NCBI RefSeq assembly: GCF_036588685.1
Contig: NC_086377.1
Coordinates: 22,320,001 to 22,384,000, forward strand
DNA length: 64,000 bases
Reading direction: 5' to 3'
From: Mytilus trossulus
Lineage: Eukaryota
Below, one piece after another: positions 60,417 through 64,000 of the stretch (its first letter is position 1; the number at the start of each line of letters is the position of its first letter). The translations under genes and the position numbers were made by a program. The notes below the pieces were generated by a model. It searched no databases, had not been told where the DNA came from, and saw nothing but the letters and a program-made list of their open reading frames with translations.

Positions 60417-60519
60417 AACAAAATTGGTACCGTTGATTTTATTACGGGTTTAAAATCTTCTGAACATTGACGAAGAAAAGAAATCAATGTAACTTAGTAC
60501 ACACTATTGGAATCTCATT

Positions 60520-60900
60520 CACTTCGAAGGAAGTGAAATCGGGTTCGTCGTCAGAGTAAGAGGGTTCTCCTCTGAATGGTTTTCCCGCTTTGTAAATCCA
60601 AAGTCAGTCAAAATGTTACATTCGGACAAATACGGATCTTACGACTTTTCTGATAGCAAAAGATCCAATACATGAACTATATGCCGATAGTAAGACGATA
60701 CACTGACATATCGTGCTTGTCTACTGATTCGTGTTGTTGATCGTTAAATTTAGGTAGTGTCATCTTCAATCGTTATTCTTTATCATTTTGTGATGGCGTA
60801 CGTAGCATTCACCGTTTGTAGCCCTTTGTTTATAGCTTCCTTGTGAAAAGAACTCTATCTCAAGAAAATTTCAATAGGAATTACAGGTTCTGTATAAAAT
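60520..60900 (-). mobile_element. Highly decayed Penelope-like RT C-terminal fragment
   Basis: Broken translation YRTCNSY*NFL / RVLFTRKL*TKGY resembles the PLE motif YARACS.Y.DF..R..LLT.KLL.QGY. Confidence 0.35.
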
Positions 60901-60910
60901 TTGAGATATA

Positions 60911-62401
60911 TGTTAGACTCAGATCGACGTCCGGCCTCTAATCGACGTCCGTTCCTCAAATCGACGTCCGTTTCTCAAATCGACGTCCGAATCTGACGTC
61001 ACATTCTCAAATCGACGTCTAATATTTTGATACTCTTATTTACGTCTAATCAGTCGGCATTACTTGCCAAAACTACGCCCGATTGATTGTTGTCGTCTTA
61101 AATCAATGTCCAGTATCAATAAATAATAAATTATTGATCGCAGATATTAAGGCTTTTGTTTTTTCGTTTGACTTGTTTTATACTGTCATTTTGGGGCCTT
61201 TTATAGTTTACTATGCGATATGGGCTTTGCGCATTGTTGAAGGCCGTATGATGACCTATAGTTGTGGAGAGTTGTCTCATTGGCAATCAGACCACATCAT
61301 CTTTTTTATATCAATTGTTTACACTTATGCATGTACACAATTTATTTTTCAATCCGAAATAGGTATCATGTATATTAAAGATTATCTTGATAAAAAGTAA
61401 ATCCAATATATTTATCACACCAAGGAGCGTGTGTCATTCCTATTCATAATAATAAATTACGTGCATGTAAATGTAGGCAATTAGTAATGCAAACAGCGAC
61501 AAAGAAAACCAAACGGCATCTAGGAGCTTTATTCAGTCTTCATCAATAGACAAAATAAAGAAGCACAGCCAAGTGTTTTGAGAGTATTATAATTCGGGGT
61601 TTTATTTTAACAAATTTCTGTGTTTTACACCAGGAGTGAAACGTAAACGCAAGATGATTGGAATTATGTTTTAATGTTATGCTTTTACCTTTACCTTTTC
61701 TAGGTTGACTGCTCACACATATGTGTAACCCCGACATATTCTGTATGGGCCTGCATTACATAGGTTTTCGATGGTTTATATCTGTCATATTTGTTTTTCG
61801 GAATTGTTTTTAATAAATAGAACCGTTAATTTTCTTATTTGAATTTTTTACATTATTCATGTCGTGGCCTTTTATAGCCTTTGCGGTATGGGTTTTTATC
61901 ATTGTTGAAAGCCGTATGGTTTATAATTGCTCACATCCATTTTATTTGATCTCTGGTGTATAGTTGTCCCTTTGAAAATCATACCAATTTTTTGAAAAAT
62001 TGAAATTACAACCTGTTTACATACTTAGTCTAGTAACTGTATAATAATTTAAAAAAAAACACACATTTCTTATTTCTTCCGTATTTTTCTTATAACTGGA
62101 CTTTTTGTTTTGCTAGATCTTATTTGTCTCGCTCTCACATAATATGATATGTTTAAAGGTCTAAATGTTTCAGCTGCGTTCGGTTCAGTTTAGTTTTGTA
62201 TTCTGTGTCCAAAACGGACGTCGATTAGAGAAGTCCAAAATCGGATGTCGATTAGAAGATTCCAAAAAAAAATGGACGTCGATTAGACAGGCATGGAATT
62301 TGCCGTCGATTTGGAATGCTATTTTATTGTGATGTCACATTTGGACGTCGATTTGATGAACGGACATCGATTAGAGACTGGACGTCGATCTGAGTCTTAC
62401 A
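60911..62401. mobile_element. 1.5-kb non-autonomous TIR element with TGT..ACA termini and sub-terminal aatcgacgtcc repeats (Ginger-like or TA-targeting)
   Basis: Left tgttagactcagatcgacgtcc.. mirrors right ..ggacgtcgatctgagtcttaca, with TATA on both sides. Contains nested family C copies. Confidence 0.7.
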
Positions 62402-63349
62402 TATATACTCCGTATGCTAGAGTGTATTCCACTAAAGTTATAAGAAATCTCAAATCAAAAAAAATAATGCATATGTTTTTAATAACTCAATAGACATATA
62501 CTTTTTTCTGAAGAAAATTCTTTGATTTATTCATATTAAGAAGAAGTTTACTTTATTTTGATTACTTTCTTCCAGGTAGCAATTCCCCCGACATATTTTC
62601 CGTATGCAAAGTGACCTCAGTGTGACCCATCTCGTAAAAATGCGGTGATCACAATACGCATGGATGTCCTTAAGATAAACTATTATCTGAATTTACATGT
62701 TATACACGTGCTATATTTCCATGCTTTTTTGTTGATTGTTTGTCGGTTGTTGACGAACAGGTGACAATCGTTAAACTTCGGCTTCAAAACACGAACTTTA
62801 TTTACCTGCTATATTTTCACAGCAACACTGACCAAATGAAAAAAAATTGACGATTATACGAAATTTACACGAAAAAAAATGACAAATTCGCGCACAGAAG
62901 ACTAAGTTAATGATGTGTGTATGCATTGGTTCAAGAATTGGAAGAACATTATTTTTCAACGGTCAATCGTTTCTTATGACTGTAAGTTAGATGCTTATAC
63001 GACAATACGAGTCAGTGTGTGTTTGCAATTGCTTTGAAATTGGAAGTTGACAATTAAAAGGAAGAGTTCATCATGCTTGTCATATTTGCTAAATTGACAA
63101 TTTTCTTCAACCAAATATGAAGATTCAAGGCAGAACTAGTTTCGGTCATATCCTTATTCTCAAATCAACTAAATCAGAATAAAACAAAACGTGTTTTTCT
63201 TTTTGCTTAATTATCGTGAAATCTGATCTCTCACTCAAAAACAATATATCAGTTCTCGTAGTTCCAAATGTGTAGTCAAAAGACCTAATCTAAAATGAAG
63301 ACACGCTCAATTCTGAGAATGGTAATCGAATTTCCTTTTTTTTAAACGA

Positions 63350-63790
63350 AATCCACTGATTTTTTGAAGACGAAACACGCGTCTGTCGTAAATATTAGAT
63401 TGTATTCCTGGTATCTATGATGAGTTTATTTGTAACCACTGGATCGATGCCATTGCTGGTGAAGATTTATTTCCCCGAGGGTATCACCAGCCTAGTAGTC
63501 AGCACTTCTGTGTTGACTTGAGTTATCATTGATATGATTATAATTAAAAATTAACTGATAACAAAATGTTGTAGTTTTGAAAAACCAACTTAAAGGACTT
63601 TCTTCCTCTGGAATAGATTGTATTTGGCAAACCTTTTAGTAATTTTTGGTCCTCAATGCTCTTTAATTTCGTACTGTATTTGGCCTTTATAACATTTTTG
63701 ATTCGAGTGTCACTGATGAGTCTTTTGAAGACCAAACGCGTGTCTGGTGTAAATATTAAATTTCATTCCTGATATCTTTGATGAGTTTAT
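63350..63790 (+). mobile_element. Retrozyme family 2, ~1.2 tandem units (period ~361 nt) with two damaged hammerheads
   Basis: HHR remnants end at 63383 (core partly deleted) and 63744 (GAAA mutated to CAAA). Shares the structured module of family 1. Confidence 0.75.
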
Positions 63791-64000
63791 TTGATAGGCA
63801 ACTGGTTGATTATAACCTATCAAAATATTAAAAAAAAACATCTTCGACAGTAAAAAAAAAGTAATGGTTGGAATTTTAAAAAGATGTTTGCCTGACGATC
63901 TGGACGACCCGACACGGCTGATTGTGTTTTAGTCAAGGTATTTAATACAAAGAATACGGATTTTCAGTGTCTTTTTTATTGTTCACCTGAATATGTTATA

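Larger units (their letters stand above)
59447..60445 (+). mobile_element. Tandem array (~2.9 units of 351 nt) of a hammerhead-bearing non-LTR retrozyme
   Basis: Unit starts at 59447, 59798 and 60149 (period 351; the third unit has a 12-nt deletion). One type I HHR per unit, no credible ORF. Confidence 0.88.

Noticed and set aside
59575-60453. Repeated ORFs MQSSDSF.EFDYTFWTFW (also 24872-25075)
   Set aside because: Incidental frames within retrozyme units. The frame is broken by a stop in unit 2 and a frameshift in unit 3.

Overview
AT-rich eukaryotic genomic DNA with spliced genes. The repeat families look bivalve, probably Mytilus-like (inferred, not verified). By reading GT-AG junctions and phases I reconstructed four genes, all on the minus strand and mostly missed by the ORF track. 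(1) The 5' part of a GMC oxidoreductase (355-4204, continuing off the left edge). (2) A complete gene with 20 coding exons for a 724-aa secreted protein: signal peptide + 11 EGF + 3 Ig + a VVG tail (13890-34724). (3) A 114-aa secreted Gly/Trp/Arg/Phe-rich peptide (36749-37093). (4) A complete gene with 9 coding exons for a 296-aa PhyH-family Fe(II)/2-oxoglutarate dioxygenase (48576-56521). The non-coding DNA is rich in hammerhead-ribozyme (HHR) motifs. A tandem 351-nt retrozyme-like array carries three type I HHRs and a conserved pseudoknot-like module with a UUCG hairpin (59447-60445), and dispersed copies of related families occur elsewhere. A Penelope-like insertion forms an 853-bp inverted repeat with an 11-nt loop and carries minimal HHRs; it sits in a (TA)n tract next to the splice acceptor of the Gly-rich gene. 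Also present are Helentron-type HINEs, TTAA and TA MITEs, a TGT..ACA TIR element, tRNA-derived SINEs, LINE/PLE fragments and minisatellites. All calls were made by eye; no searches were run.
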